Below, piece after piece: positions 26,240 through 36,170 of a stretch of 56,902 bases of DNA. The notes beneath the pieces were generated by a model. It was not told the origin of the DNA, searched no databases, and was given only the letters and a program-made list of their open reading frames with translations. The position numbers were made by a program, and so were the translations under genes. The DNA is from a virus (Duplodnaviria > Caudoviricetes), in IMG/VR virus record IMGVR_UViG_3300021090_000023, positions 1-56,902 of that record. One strand, given 5' to 3'. Each line of letters starts with the position of its first letter. Position 1 is the first letter of the stretch.

Positions 26240-26725
26240 GTGCTCGTGGAGCAGGAGTCCCCGGAGGACATCTGGACGTCCTACGAGAGGGGCCACTACG
26301 TCGTCGTCCCGACGAACGGGGTGGTGAAGAGGAGCGGCGAGGCGGTGATGGGAGCGGGGCTCGCGCTCGACGTCGCCCGCCGATGGGACTGGTTCCCCGC
26401 CCTGCTCGGGAGGTGGATCACGGATCACGGGAGCCGCGTCTTCGTCTTCGCGAACAACGTCATCGACGACCCGCTCCGAGTCTTCACGTTCCCGGTCAAG
26501 GAGGACTGGCGCCTCCCGGCGCGGCTCGACCTCGTCCAGCGGAGCGCCGTCGAGCTCAGGGCGCTCGCGGAGGACCTCGGGGACGAGACGGAGATGAACG
26601 TCGGCGAGATCTACCTCCCGAGGGTAGGGTGCGGGGCTGGCGGCCTCCGCTGGACCGATGTCCGCCCGACGCTCCGGTTCGCGCTGGAGCGGAGCAGGGT
26701 GACGTTCATCGTAGTGCACAAGTAA
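26240..26725 (+). CDS. macro-domain-like (ADP-ribose binding/processing) protein
   Basis: VPTNGVVK…AVMGAGLA…FTFPVK…LPRVGCGAGGL. Confidence 0.85.
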   Translation: MLVEQESPEDIWTSYERGHYVVVPTNGVVKRSGEAVMGAGLALDVARRWDWFPALLGRWITDHGSRVFVFANNVIDDPLRVFTFPVKEDWRLPARLDLVQRSAVELRALAEDLGDETEMNVGEIYLPRVGCGAGGLRWTDVRPTLRFALERSRVTFIVVHK

Positions 26726-26734
26726 GGGGGAAGT

Positions 26735-27035
26735 ATGGAGATCAAGACGTTCGTGCCGAGGGCGAAGAGGGTTCAGGCGGTACGGCTCTCAGCGGAGAAC
26801 AGCATCGACGTAGCACGTTGGTGTAACGCCCGCGTCCGAGAGCCCAAAAACGCTAGGAGCAGCGGGGGTGAGCATCGAGCTGGAGAACGGGGACTTAGCT
26901 ATCTCGGGAGACTGGATCGTAAAAATGGAGAGGAGGGACTCGGAGACGTCTCCCATAGTTACCGATTATAGTATATATATTAACTTACATTTTAGAGAGG
27001 TATTCAGCGAAGAAGGAGGGTGGGTGATAGAGTGA
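26735..27035 (+). pseudogene. frameshifted phage protein (VxAVR…GDWIVK type)
   Basis: GDWIVK motif and GTGA coupling to the next gene lie in the +1 frame after CCCAAAAAC (26843-26851). Confidence 0.6.
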
Positions 27036-27523
27036 AGACCTACGAGGCACCTGGAGGGGAGAGAATCGGCGAGACCGCGAGGAAGATGATCGCCCTCATG
27101 AGGAAGGAGGGAGACTCCGTGGAGACGGACTTCAACGGCGTCTCGCTCACGGCGAGCATGGGGGACGACTCGGACAGCATCATCGACGCGTACGAGAGAG
27201 AGATCGGGACGCGCGAGCGGAGGAAGAGGGAGGCGGCGGAGCGTCGGGAGCGGGAGAGGCTGGAGCGCGCGGAGGTCCTGGAGCTGCTCTACCATGCGGC
27301 GAGGGAGGCGCGGCCGCACGTCTACAACATCGGGCACCCGGCGGTCCTGAGGTTCTTCGCAGTACTCGCCGAGGCCGAGGGCGTGCCGGGAAGGCCGCAG
27401 CCCAAGTACCGCGAGGCCATCCGGCAGGCGAACTACCTCATGGGGCAGGACCGGAGGTTCTGGTCGGTCGAGCTATTCGAGAAGTGGCTCAGGCACCCCG
27501 CCGTCGTCGAGGCGATAAAGTGA
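27032..27523 (+). CDS. hypothetical protein
   Basis: AAGGAGG RBS; DFNGVSL motif. Confidence 0.7.
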   Translation: MKTYEAPGGERIGETARKMIALMRKEGDSVETDFNGVSLTASMGDDSDSIIDAYEREIGTRERRKREAAERRERERLERAEVLELLYHAAREARPHVYNIGHPAVLRFFAVLAEAEGVPGRPQPKYREAIRQANYLMGQDRRFWSVELFEKWLRHPAVVEAIK

Positions 27524-27741
27524 TAAGCGCCTGCAAGCACTGCGGCCTGAGATTCAGGTCCTCATACGTTCCGAGGCATAGCTGCATCGAGGTCATACCG
27601 ACGGAGTCGACGGCGAAGCCGATGGCACTGCATCCGTGGAGAAGCAAGGCTGCAAATAAGGCATCCGCAAAAGCCCGAACAGCCTCCAAGCTGCGAGCAG
27701 CTCTACGATACAAACTTCTCTAACAGGAAGGGAGGGGTGAC

Positions 27742-28011
27742 ATGGAGGACGTGTTCTGTAGGAGCTGCAGGTGGTGGGACCAGCGCTACCCGGGTAACAC
27801 GAACCTCGGGGCATGCACGAAGATGGGCGTCATCTTCGTGAGCGGAGACGCCGCAATCAACCTCAGGGAGGGCATAGACCACGGGAGGCCGACGAGCGAC
27901 GTCAGGGAGGTGCGGACGCAGGCGACCTATGGGTGCATCGGACACACGAGGGAGGGGACGCTGCTCACGTCGAGAGAGGTCCGGGAGTACGAGGAGAGGG
28001 GGCGGGCGTGA
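27742..28011 (+). CDS. Cys-motif hypothetical protein
   Basis: RBS; CRSCRWW…GAC…YGC. Confidence 0.7.
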   Translation: MEDVFCRSCRWWDQRYPGNTNLGACTKMGVIFVSGDAAINLREGIDHGRPTSDVREVRTQATYGCIGHTREGTLLTSREVREYEERGRA

Positions 28012-28292
28012 AGACCAAGAAGAGGGCCGCGGGGAAGGTGATCGCGAGGCAGTACAGGTGGCAGCTCGATCAGGCGAGGCGGGGGCTCTGCCGGAAGTGC
28101 ACGCGGAAGATCTCGCGGCGCTCCACGTACCTCTGCGACGCGCACCTCCTCGCCGAGCGGGTGCGGATGCGGATCAGGGCGGGGTACGCGCCGAGTGTGG
28201 CCGCGGAGGAGGGGAAGTTCAAGGTCGGGCGGAAGCTCGCCGGAGCGCGCGACCGGAGGGTGAGGCGGGGCGGAAGAGTGACCCCGAAATAA
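28008..28292 (+). CDS. basic zinc-finger protein
   Basis: GLCRKC…LCDAH. Confidence 0.6.
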   Translation: MKTKKRAAGKVIARQYRWQLDQARRGLCRKCTRKISRRSTYLCDAHLLAERVRMRIRAGYAPSVAAEEGKFKVGRKLAGARDRRVRRGGRVTPK

Positions 28293-28321
28293 GCAGAAAG
28301 ACCTCCAAAATAAGCAGAAAA
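28287..28321 (+). repeat. direct repeat AAATAAGCAGAAA x2
   Basis: Copies at 28287 and 28308 at the edge of the AT-rich tract. Confidence 0.8.
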
Positions 28322-28378
28322 AACCCCCGGAAGGGCTCCACTTCACTGCGAGCTACCTTATTAATGCTTTTAACTGTC

Positions 28379-28407
28379 TTGACTTTAACGCATTATATGG
28401 TTAAGGT
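28379..28407 (+). promoter_or_regulatory. putative sigma70 promoter upstream of the replication genes
   Basis: TTGACT-N17-TAAGGT in an AT-rich non-coding tract. Confidence 0.55.
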
Positions 28408-28599
28408 TTTTCTTTCTTTGGCTACCTTTCTTTCTTGGCACGAGGCAAGAGCACCGAAATCGTCGCGAGCACCCATGCATGCCTAGAACGGCACCGAAAT
28501 TTTTTCCTGGACGCACGCGCCCACCTCGCGTCTACTCGTTCCCGCGACGGACGGCGCGTCGACGAAAAAAACTTCCCGAGAGCGAGGAGGGCAGTGAGG

Positions 28600-29454
28600 A
28601 TGCCGAAGAGCGAATCGGCCGCCGAGGCGGCGGCCTCACCTCTCCCCACTGCCGTGGGTCGAGGCCGGGTACCTCCGGTGTCTACCCGGCGGACGCGGAA
28701 GCCGACGGAGGTGCTCCTGACGCTCCGGGAGCGCGAGGCGTGCGAGGTCCTCGCCTGGAAGTGGGAGGACTTCACCCGCACGCGCTTCGGGCGCGGAGTG
28801 CACGGCGTCCGCGTCATTGACCGTGAGACGCGGAGGATCAAGCCGAAGTACGCCCCGGCGTTCAGGCGCGTCCTCGCCTACGCCGTCCGCGAGAAGCTCT
28901 CGCCACCGGAGACGTACTTCACGCTCCTCGGCGAGGGGATGCGCACGCTCCGCACGCCGCGCATCCGGACGACGATGCTCGGGAGCAAGTTCTACAACGA
29001 GCTCGTCGAGAAGGGGCGGACGATGCGCCGGGAGCAGTTCGCGGGGCGTGAGGACCGGGAGACGCTCGCGTACCGCGCGGTGCGCCGCGCGGCGCCACCG
29101 GCGTCGCCCGACGCCCTGGAGCTGGAGTGCAGGAAGTTCCTCGAGAGAAAGGAGCAGTACGCGCACTTTCCACGAGGCCGGTTCTGGCTCTTCTTCGTTG
29201 GCGAGTTCAGCGGGACGTTCCTCCACGTCAGCGACGACTACCGGGACTCGGGACTCGACCTCCTCCTTCACCTCTCACCGAAGCAGCTCGAGGAGTGGCA
29301 GTCCCTCGACCACGATCCCAGGCTCGTCGCCTCAGTGAAGCGAACGGTTCTCGCGATACTTTCAGAGGAGCACCATGCCCCCCACGCCGGAGATAGGTTC
29401 GACGCTCCTTCCGCAGCTCAGGTCACTCAGGGATCGAGAGGCAGCGGCAGGTAG
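28600..29454 (+). CDS. hypothetical protein preceding the helicase (possible initiator/loader)
   Basis: GAGGAGG/GAGG RBS; role inferred from position only. Confidence 0.65.
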   Translation: MPKSESAAEAAASPLPTAVGRGRVPPVSTRRTRKPTEVLLTLREREACEVLAWKWEDFTRTRFGRGVHGVRVIDRETRRIKPKYAPAFRRVLAYAVREKLSPPETYFTLLGEGMRTLRTPRIRTTMLGSKFYNELVEKGRTMRREQFAGREDRETLAYRAVRRAAPPASPDALELECRKFLERKEQYAHFPRGRFWLFFVGEFSGTFLHVSDDYRDSGLDLLLHLSPKQLEEWQSLDHDPRLVASVKRTVLAILSEEHHAPHAGDRFDAPSAAQVTQGSRGSGR

Positions 29455-30913
29455 GAACGGGAAGCATCACGCAGAGGCGGAGGTCCCAGACGGACGACCG
29501 AAGGCGGCGAGCGACGCGCGGTACCCGTTCTCGCTCGGATACCAGAAGAAGCTCCTCGCGCTCCTCATCTCGCACCGGACGATCCTCCCGAGCTACGGGA
29601 CCCTCATCAGGGCGGGGCACTTCGGGACGGCACTCTACAGGGACACGGCGGGGGTCATCCTCGACCTCTGGACCTCGTACGGCGTCGTCCCCACGTTCGA
29701 GACCGTCGAGGAGCGGGTCGAGCGGGAGATCGAGCGACGCCGGAGCAGGCTCACGCGGGAGGCCGCCGAGGACTGGCGGACGCTCCTCGCGGAGCTCAGG
29801 GGGGTGCAGGTCCTCGACGCGAAGATCGTGCTCGGACAGCTCACGGAGTGGATTCAGGAGCAGGCACTCAAGGTCGCCCTCCGCGAGGTCGGCGGGATCA
29901 TGGACCAGGCGGAGCGGACGGGGGAGCGGGACTTCGGCAAGATCAGGGGGATCGTCTCAGACGCCCTCGCCGTGGGGGTCGACTCGTTCACGAACACGCT
30001 GAAGTACTTCGACGACGCGCACGGCCGGGTCGCCCGGCTCTCGATCGGCGACTCGGAGCTGGGGCTGAAGATCCCCCTCGTCATGTCCGGGGTCGACCGG
30101 ATACTCGACGGCGGGCCGTCCCGGAAGGAGCTGGTCGTCTGGGCCTCCCCGACAGGCCGAGGGAAGACCCACTGCATCCTCTGGGTCACCAAGACCGCCC
30201 TCTTCCAGGGCAAGAAGGTCGCCCTCGTCACGACCGAGATGTCCGCCGCCGCCCTCGCTCGACGACTCGATCGGTCGGTGGCGCAGATGCTGACGCGGGA
30301 GATACGCCGGAACCCGGAGCTGGCGCTCAAGCGCATCGCCAACCTCCAGCGGTTCCGGGGGGACCTCTTCATCATCGAGTGCATGGGGAAGCACGCGACG
30401 GTCGAGTACATCCGCTCGATGCTCGAGCGGTACAGGGCGCAGTTCGGGTTCGAGCCGGACGTCATCGCCGTCGACTACCCGGGGAACATGACGTCGGCGC
30501 GGCAGCGGACGGAGCGGCGCTTCGAGCAGGCCGAGATCTACCGGGACCTCCGGGCCCTGGCCTTCGAGTGGGACGCGACGGCGCACGCCCCGATGCAGAC
30601 GAACCGGAGCTCGCTGACCAAGAACATCGTCACGATCAAGGACCTCGCGGAGTGCTTCGAGGTCGCCTGGCACGCGGACCTCATCCTCGCGCTCTGCCAG
30701 ACCCCCGAGGAGGAGCTCGAGCAGCTCTGCCGCATCTTCATCGCGAAGTACCGGGAGGGGCAGGACCACTTCGTCGTCCCGTTCCACTTCAACAAGGACC
30801 TGGGGACCTTTACCTCCGCCGGGGAGGCGTCGCGGGCGACGAACCCGGACCTCACGGCGGCGCTCCGGCGGGCGCAGGAGGAGGGGCAGGCGGCGCTCGG
30901 GTCACCGGCGTAG
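29375..30913 (+). CDS. replicative DnaB-like (SF4) helicase
   Basis: SPTGRGKT, VTTEMS, VIAVDYP, PMQTNR, KYREG. Confidence 0.92.
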   Translation: MPPTPEIGSTLLPQLRSLRDREAAAGRNGKHHAEAEVPDGRPKAASDARYPFSLGYQKKLLALLISHRTILPSYGTLIRAGHFGTALYRDTAGVILDLWTSYGVVPTFETVEERVEREIERRRSRLTREAAEDWRTLLAELRGVQVLDAKIVLGQLTEWIQEQALKVALREVGGIMDQAERTGERDFGKIRGIVSDALAVGVDSFTNTLKYFDDAHGRVARLSIGDSELGLKIPLVMSGVDRILDGGPSRKELVVWASPTGRGKTHCILWVTKTALFQGKKVALVTTEMSAAALARRLDRSVAQMLTREIRRNPELALKRIANLQRFRGDLFIIECMGKHATVEYIRSMLERYRAQFGFEPDVIAVDYPGNMTSARQRTERRFEQAEIYRDLRALAFEWDATAHAPMQTNRSSLTKNIVTIKDLAECFEVAWHADLILALCQTPEEELEQLCRIFIAKYREGQDHFVVPFHFNKDLGTFTSAGEASRATNPDLTAALRRAQEEGQAALGSPA

Positions 30914-30925
30914 GTGGTCGGTGAG

Positions 30926-31126
30926 ATGAAAGAGTTATTAGTAGCGCTGCCCGAAGAGGCCGCGACGGTCCACTCCAGGCGGACGGGTCACTACCTCTAC
31001 GAGGGTTCACTAGCCAGGGACGTCGAGGTCTTAGAATATATCTACGGCAGACTAGTCAGAGAGACAGATCCGGTTATCGGCGTCCTGATCTGCGCCGCCT
31101 GTTCCCGGATAGTCTGGAACAGATGA
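30926..31126 (+). CDS. hypothetical protein
   Basis: Packed ORF. Confidence 0.45.
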   Translation: MKELLVALPEEAATVHSRRTGHYLYEGSLARDVEVLEYIYGRLVRETDPVIGVLICAACSRIVWNR

Positions 31127-31419
31127 AGAAGCTCTCGGCTGATCGGCCGTGTCACCTCGAGGAGCAGCGTCGGCGCGCCGCCCTGATTGAGTTGCTCGGG
31201 GGCGTCTGTCAGGACGGGTTCTGCTTCGAGATCGAGCGTCTTGAGTTTGATCATCCCAATGGCAGGGACTGGGAGCCCCGGTGTCTCTCCCGCCTCCAGC
31301 GTATCACCCGCTACGAGGTCGACGCGGAGGCCGGGCTCATCCAGCTCCTCTGCCGATCGCATAATGCCACGGACGGGAACGATAAGAGATGGATTCACCG
31401 TCCCAGAAAGAAGAGCTAG
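31123..31419 (+). CDS. small HNH-type nuclease-like protein
   Basis: LLGGVC…LEFDHPNG…QLLCRSHN. Confidence 0.65.
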   Translation: MKKLSADRPCHLEEQRRRAALIELLGGVCQDGFCFEIERLEFDHPNGRDWEPRCLSRLQRITRYEVDAEAGLIQLLCRSHNATDGNDKRWIHRPRKKS

Positions 31420-31427
31420 GAGGAATC

Positions 31428-31922
31428 ATGCCATCCGTACTCCAGAATTGGGTCGAGGGGCTCTCGTTTATGCAGCAGTCGGTGCTCATCTCCGCGATCA
31501 GGGGTCCGGATACGCTCCGGAAGGATCATAACTCGAAGCTCCTGATGCGCTGGCTCCGCCGCTGCGTCCTCTACTCGGCGTTCGAGACGTACAGGAACGG
31601 GACGCCCACGACGCTCAATACTCCCTTTACTCCTGGGGGTGGGTCGTTCACAGGGCCGGTAGAGGGGATCGACGCCGTCTTTACAGAGTACCTCCGAAAC
31701 GTCGACGAGCTACCGCATCACTTCCACCTCCACTTCATGCACGCAGCCGAGATCATTGGCTACAAGCACCCACTCCTCTGGACGCGGTCGTGGTGGCATA
31801 GAGCATACTCGAGGATCGTCAACGACATGCACCTCAACCTGGAGACCGAGACCGAGATGGACGATCGACTCACCGGGGACGAGGTGACGTGGCGGGCGTG
31901 GGAGGAGGTCACGGCGCTCTAA
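31428..31922 (+). CDS. conserved phage hypothetical protein
   Basis: AGGAGG RBS; SVLQxWV…QQSVLISAIRGPD…PHHFxLH. Confidence 0.8.
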   Translation: MPSVLQNWVEGLSFMQQSVLISAIRGPDTLRKDHNSKLLMRWLRRCVLYSAFETYRNGTPTTLNTPFTPGGGSFTGPVEGIDAVFTEYLRNVDELPHHFHLHFMHAAEIIGYKHPLLWTRSWWHRAYSRIVNDMHLNLETETEMDDRLTGDEVTWRAWEEVTAL

Positions 31923-32893
31923 TGTTCGACCTCGATCAGTACGTCGAGAACTCCTTCCCCGAGGTCCGGCGCTCCGGGGACGAGCGGATCGTTAACTGTT
32001 TCTATTGTTCTGGGAAGTTCAAGCTATACATAAACATCGAGAAGAAGCGGCACTTCTGCTACAAGTGCGAGGCTGGACGCGGCGCGACGGTCGTCACGCT
32101 CATCCGGGACCACCTGGGCGTGACGGAGCGCGAGGCGTGGGAGATCCTCCGGTCGAACCGCTATCAGGGCTACGAGCCCCGCTCCTACGGTGAGCTCTTC
32201 GCGGACCGACAGGACTCACCGCTCCCCGTCGAGGTCCTCCCCGTCGAGTACGTGCCGTTCTACCCGAGGGAGGAGCGGGGCGAGACCGTGCTCGGTGAGC
32301 GCGGGGTCGCGTACCTCAGGCGGAGGGGGCTCACGGAGGCCGACTTCATGCTCTACCGGATGGGGTACTGCGCCTCCGGCCGCTACCGGAACAGGATCAT
32401 CGTCCCGGTCGTCCGGGACGGCGATGTGGTCTACTTCCTGGCCCGGCGCTTCTTCGGCTACGGGGGGCCGCGGTACCTCAACCCGAGGAACGAGGAGATC
32501 AGGGAGCACCCGTCGAACCTCCTCTTCAACTGGGACGCCGCCCGTACGAGCGAGAGGCTGCAGATCACGGAGGGGGTCTTCGACGCCATCGGGCTCGGGG
32601 AGGACGCCACGTCCGTCTTCGGGAAGCAGATCCACCCCGGACAGCTCCAGCTCCTCGGGGGCGGGAGGTTCGAGCGCGTGGAGCTCTGGCTCGACTCCGA
32701 GGTGAAGGACCCGGAGATCAGGCGCGATGAGGAGTCGATGGCCTTCGCGCTCCGGGAGCTGGGGAAGCCCGTGACGATCTGCTCCCTCGAGTGGGGCGAC
32801 CCCGGGGAGACGCGGCTCGGGGAGATCCCGTCCACGTCGCGCGAGGGTGGGAGCTGGGCGTCGTTCTTCGGCTCGAAGGGCTCGCGGAGGTGA
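31922..32893 (+). CDS. DNA primase (Zn finger plus TOPRIM)
   Basis: CFYC…CYKC, RIIVPV, YLNP, ITEGVFDAI, WLDSE. Confidence 0.9.
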   Translation: MFDLDQYVENSFPEVRRSGDERIVNCFYCSGKFKLYINIEKKRHFCYKCEAGRGATVVTLIRDHLGVTEREAWEILRSNRYQGYEPRSYGELFADRQDSPLPVEVLPVEYVPFYPREERGETVLGERGVAYLRRRGLTEADFMLYRMGYCASGRYRNRIIVPVVRDGDVVYFLARRFFGYGGPRYLNPRNEEIREHPSNLLFNWDAARTSERLQITEGVFDAIGLGEDATSVFGKQIHPGQLQLLGGGRFERVELWLDSEVKDPEIRRDEESMAFALRELGKPVTICSLEWGDPGETRLGEIPSTSREGGSWASFFGSKGSRR

Positions 32894-33048
32894 ATATAAT
32901 ACCCGAGGCCCGTACTGCCACAAGTGGGGGCAGGACCTACAGGGCACACCGGAATCGTTCCGGTGAGGTTCCCCTCGGGAACAGTCAACGGGGAAGTGCG
33001 GGATACCCGTTGTTTTTATCTCTCTCAATCTTCTAGGGGAGGCAGGTC

Positions 33049-34200
33049 ATGAGCAAGCGCGTCGTCGTCCTCTACCCGTTCTACTCGCAGCAGAACAAGG
33101 AGACGGGGAAGTTCCTCTTCCGGAGCTGCGGCTCCACGAAGATGCTCAGGTTCATCGGCGAGCAGCTCCTCCGCGACGGACTCACCGAGAAGATCCGGTT
33201 CGCCGCCCCAGACTCTAGGCTCTGGGGGGACGACCTCTCCTCGGTCGTCCCGATAGAGTGGATCGTCGAGTGCGAGATCCCCCCGAATAATAGGCTCCAA
33301 CGCCTGACGTGGCCCGTCCGGTACTGGGACCCCATCTTCAACGGCGCCGACCTCGTCTTCAACATGCACGAGCTCATCGGCTGGCCCCTGAAGAATCTCT
33401 ACCCGGCGACGAGGGTGATAAGTATGTTCACCGTCGCCCCGACCGGCGAGCCCTGGCCGTGGATGACCCCACTTATAAACCTCGGCCTGCTGCACAGCGA
33501 TCTCGTCACGGTCCCATCCGAGGTGATGGCTCGTTACGTCAAAAGTAAGACGAGGGATAGTGGTAGCATGGTCGTTCCTAGTACGTGGCCGCTCTCCTTC
33601 GATCGGGAGCAGCTAGACTATCTCCTCTCCCTCCCGCCGTCCGGGCGCCGCCCTATGGACTTCCTCTTCGTCTTCAGGGCGTCGGCGAGCAACTACACGC
33701 ACCACAGGGAGTTCGTCCAGGCGCTGCGGCTCATCAAGAAGCCCAGGAGGATCGCGTTCACCGACACGACGCGCTACCTCCGGGAGAACCCCCGGGAGCT
33801 GGACGGCCTCTCCCTTCACGACGTCGAGATCCTCGACGACCCGGGGGATCAGAGGCAGTACGTCGACCTCCTCCGGCGGAGCCACATCGTCGTGGGGATG
33901 AACGACAATATGCACGGGGGTATGGGCGTCCGGGAGGCGATGTACACCGGTGCCGTCCCGGTCCTCCTCGACGCACCCTGCTACCGGGAACTCCTTCCGT
34001 CTGGATGGCCGGTATGGATACCGAACCCCGTGACGGCAGAGGGGATCGCTACCGCTCTCTCAAGGATGTTAATCCTCAGTAGGGGAGAGTCCGACTTCGC
34101 TCCTAAATTTCTCCAAACTCGAGCGGTACGGGAGTCGTTCCAGGAGACGTGGAAGGTAATGAAGCCGCAGATCGAGGGACTCCTAGAGAAGGGGGGCTGA
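33049..34200 (+). CDS. putative GT-B fold glycosyltransferase
   Basis: YVDLLRRSHIVV…GMGVREAMYTGAVPVL…YRELLP resembles the GT1/GT4 nucleotide-sugar binding region. Confidence 0.7.
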   Translation: MSKRVVVLYPFYSQQNKETGKFLFRSCGSTKMLRFIGEQLLRDGLTEKIRFAAPDSRLWGDDLSSVVPIEWIVECEIPPNNRLQRLTWPVRYWDPIFNGADLVFNMHELIGWPLKNLYPATRVISMFTVAPTGEPWPWMTPLINLGLLHSDLVTVPSEVMARYVKSKTRDSGSMVVPSTWPLSFDREQLDYLLSLPPSGRRPMDFLFVFRASASNYTHHREFVQALRLIKKPRRIAFTDTTRYLRENPRELDGLSLHDVEILDDPGDQRQYVDLLRRSHIVVGMNDNMHGGMGVREAMYTGAVPVLLDAPCYRELLPSGWPVWIPNPVTAEGIATALSRMLILSRGESDFAPKFLQTRAVRESFQETWKVMKPQIEGLLEKGG

Positions 34201-34384
34201 GGGATGAACGCGAAGCAGCGGAGAGTAGAGCACCGCTCTAGGATACGTGCACTGAAGAACTTCGGTCCCGCGCTCTCGCGCGTCGCCGAGTCGTCGAAGA
34301 GGACGGCGACGAGTATCGCCGCTATGATTCCAGCCCTCCAAGCCCTTGCCAGGACCGTCAAGGTCATGAAAGGATGAAAGTGAG

Positions 34385-35356
34385 ATGACCTACGAGCCGC
34401 ATCACAGCGCGACGCAGGTCCGGTCGGACCGGACGCCGCTCGATCCGTTCGAGATCATCGACCTCTCGGTCTTCTCGACGTCGATCTGCAACTCCGGGTG
34501 CCAGACGTGCGACATCTGGATGGAGAAGCGCCGCGTCGAGTTCCCCGCCGACGAGCTCCTCAGGCTCGCCGACCTCCCGCTCCTCAGGGACGTGGCCTTC
34601 GTCCTCCTCGGTGGTGAGTTCACGATCCACTCGGAGTACCTCCGGATCATGCGTGGGCTCAACCAGCGGGGGCACCCGTACTACATGTTCTCGAACGGCA
34701 TCCTCCCGGAGCGCATCAAGCAGGTCTACGCGGAGGCCGGAGGGATCACGAACCTCTCTATCTCCGTCGACGCCTTCGGGAAGAAGCACGACGAGATCAG
34801 AGGGGCTCCGGGGAACTTCGGCAAGATCTTCCAGATCATATCATGGATCAAGCAACATCATCCAGAGACGTTCCTCCGGTTCGCCTACACGGTCTCCCAG
34901 TACAACACTCGGGAGGATCTAGAGAAGGTCATCGCCTTCGCGAACGACTACGGGGTGGACGTCCGCGTCGGCTACGCGGCGGCCATCTACATCTTCTCGA
35001 AGTTCACGGAGCGTACGGTCCCGGCGTACTACGAGGTGGCGGACCTCTACCGGGACAAGTACATCTCACTCTACACGCCGTGGGCGAGTGGGTGGAAGAC
35101 GTCGTGCCAGGGGATCTACCATCACCCACTCGTGATGCAGGACGGGCGCCTGCTCCTCTGTCAGAACCTCGGCGTGGTCCTCGGGAACGTCCTCGAGCGC
35201 CCCCTCGAGGAGATCTGGGCCGACCCCGCCGTCCGGGCGACGATCCGATCCTACGAGAGCTGTAACCAGTGCTGGCAGAGCTGTGACAGGAAGTGGGACT
35301 CAGAGCGTCTCTCGTGGCCGGAGATAGAGAAGATCCGCGAGGACTATAAGGCATGA
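34385..35356 (+). CDS. radical SAM protein with SPASM/twitch domain
   Basis: CNSGCQTC, GGE, SNG, ISVDA…HDEIRG, C…DGRLLLC…GNV…CNQCWQSC. Confidence 0.93.
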   Translation: MTYEPHHSATQVRSDRTPLDPFEIIDLSVFSTSICNSGCQTCDIWMEKRRVEFPADELLRLADLPLLRDVAFVLLGGEFTIHSEYLRIMRGLNQRGHPYYMFSNGILPERIKQVYAEAGGITNLSISVDAFGKKHDEIRGAPGNFGKIFQIISWIKQHHPETFLRFAYTVSQYNTREDLEKVIAFANDYGVDVRVGYAAAIYIFSKFTERTVPAYYEVADLYRDKYISLYTPWASGWKTSCQGIYHHPLVMQDGRLLLCQNLGVVLGNVLERPLEEIWADPAVRATIRSYESCNQCWQSCDRKWDSERLSWPEIEKIREDYKA

Positions 35357-35643
35357 AGGACCCGACTAACTGGCGCGTCGTCTACCGTCACGTCGCCGGG
35401 GACCTCCGCTTCCTGGCTATTCTCCGGGAGGAGACGGAGCTGGCGGCGCGCGCCGTGGCCGCGGGGCTTCTCATGCGCTACGTCGTCGAGTCCGGGAGCG
35501 ACGTCTCGAACTGGGAGTACGTGAAGACGGAGCGCTGGGACGCCTCCACCCCCTCTATCTATCCTCCACCGGAGCCACGCGTCATAATTAAAAGTACACG
35601 TGGAGTAATCGAAAGGCTGATCGAAAGGCTAGGGGGAGAGTGA
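35353..35643 (+). CDS. hypothetical protein
   Basis: ATGA/GTGA coupled. Confidence 0.6.
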   Translation: MKDPTNWRVVYRHVAGDLRFLAILREETELAARAVAAGLLMRYVVESGSDVSNWEYVKTERWDASTPSIYPPPEPRVIIKSTRGVIERLIERLGGE

Positions 35644-36170
35644 TCTTCTGTATTGAAGGCCCGAACGGCGTCGGGAAGTCGACGGTCGTGGACTTCCTCC
35701 GCTCCGAGGCTGGAGTCTTCCCCCCGGGGACGTTCTGGATCCAGTTCCCGCACCGGCACCCGACCGACGAGTCCTACTGCTCCCTCGGTGCCGAGACCCG
35801 CGGGTACGAGGTCTTCACGGCTCTCTACCGCCCGGAGTCGGTCTACGTCTTCGACCGCTGGTCGACGATCACGTCCGTGGTCTATAACCGCATCCGCGGG
35901 GTCGAGAACCCAACGTGGCTCCTCTACCCCGAGTGGCTCCTCGACCTCAGGATCATCGGTCTCTCCGCCTCCCCGGAGGTACTCCTCGAACGACTCCAGG
36001 CACGACTCTGCTGTCGCGACCGCTACACGCTCAACCGAGTTAAGCTCGTCGTCGAGCAGTACGAGGAGAGGTATCGGGAGATATCACTACGAGGCATCCC
36101 GGTCCTCCGGGCGGAGAGTTTAGACTCTGAAAAGATTATCAAGTTCATAAGATTGGAGATAAAGTCGTGA
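35640..36170 (+). CDS. thymidylate/dNMP kinase-like P-loop protein
   Basis: [20 protein letters not shown]. Confidence 0.85.
   Translation: MIFCIEGPNGVGKSTVVDFLRSEAGVFPPGTFWIQFPHRHPTDESYCSLGAETRGYEVFTALYRPESVYVFDRWSTITSVVYNRIRGVENPTWLLYPEWLLDLRIIGLSASPEVLLERLQARLCCRDRYTLNRVKLVVEQYEERYREISLRGIPVLRAESLDSEKIIKFIRLEIKS

Noticed and set aside
32890-33045. TATAAT promoter or short ORF before the glycosyltransferase
   Set aside because: No convincing -35 element and the ORF is uninformative; insufficient support
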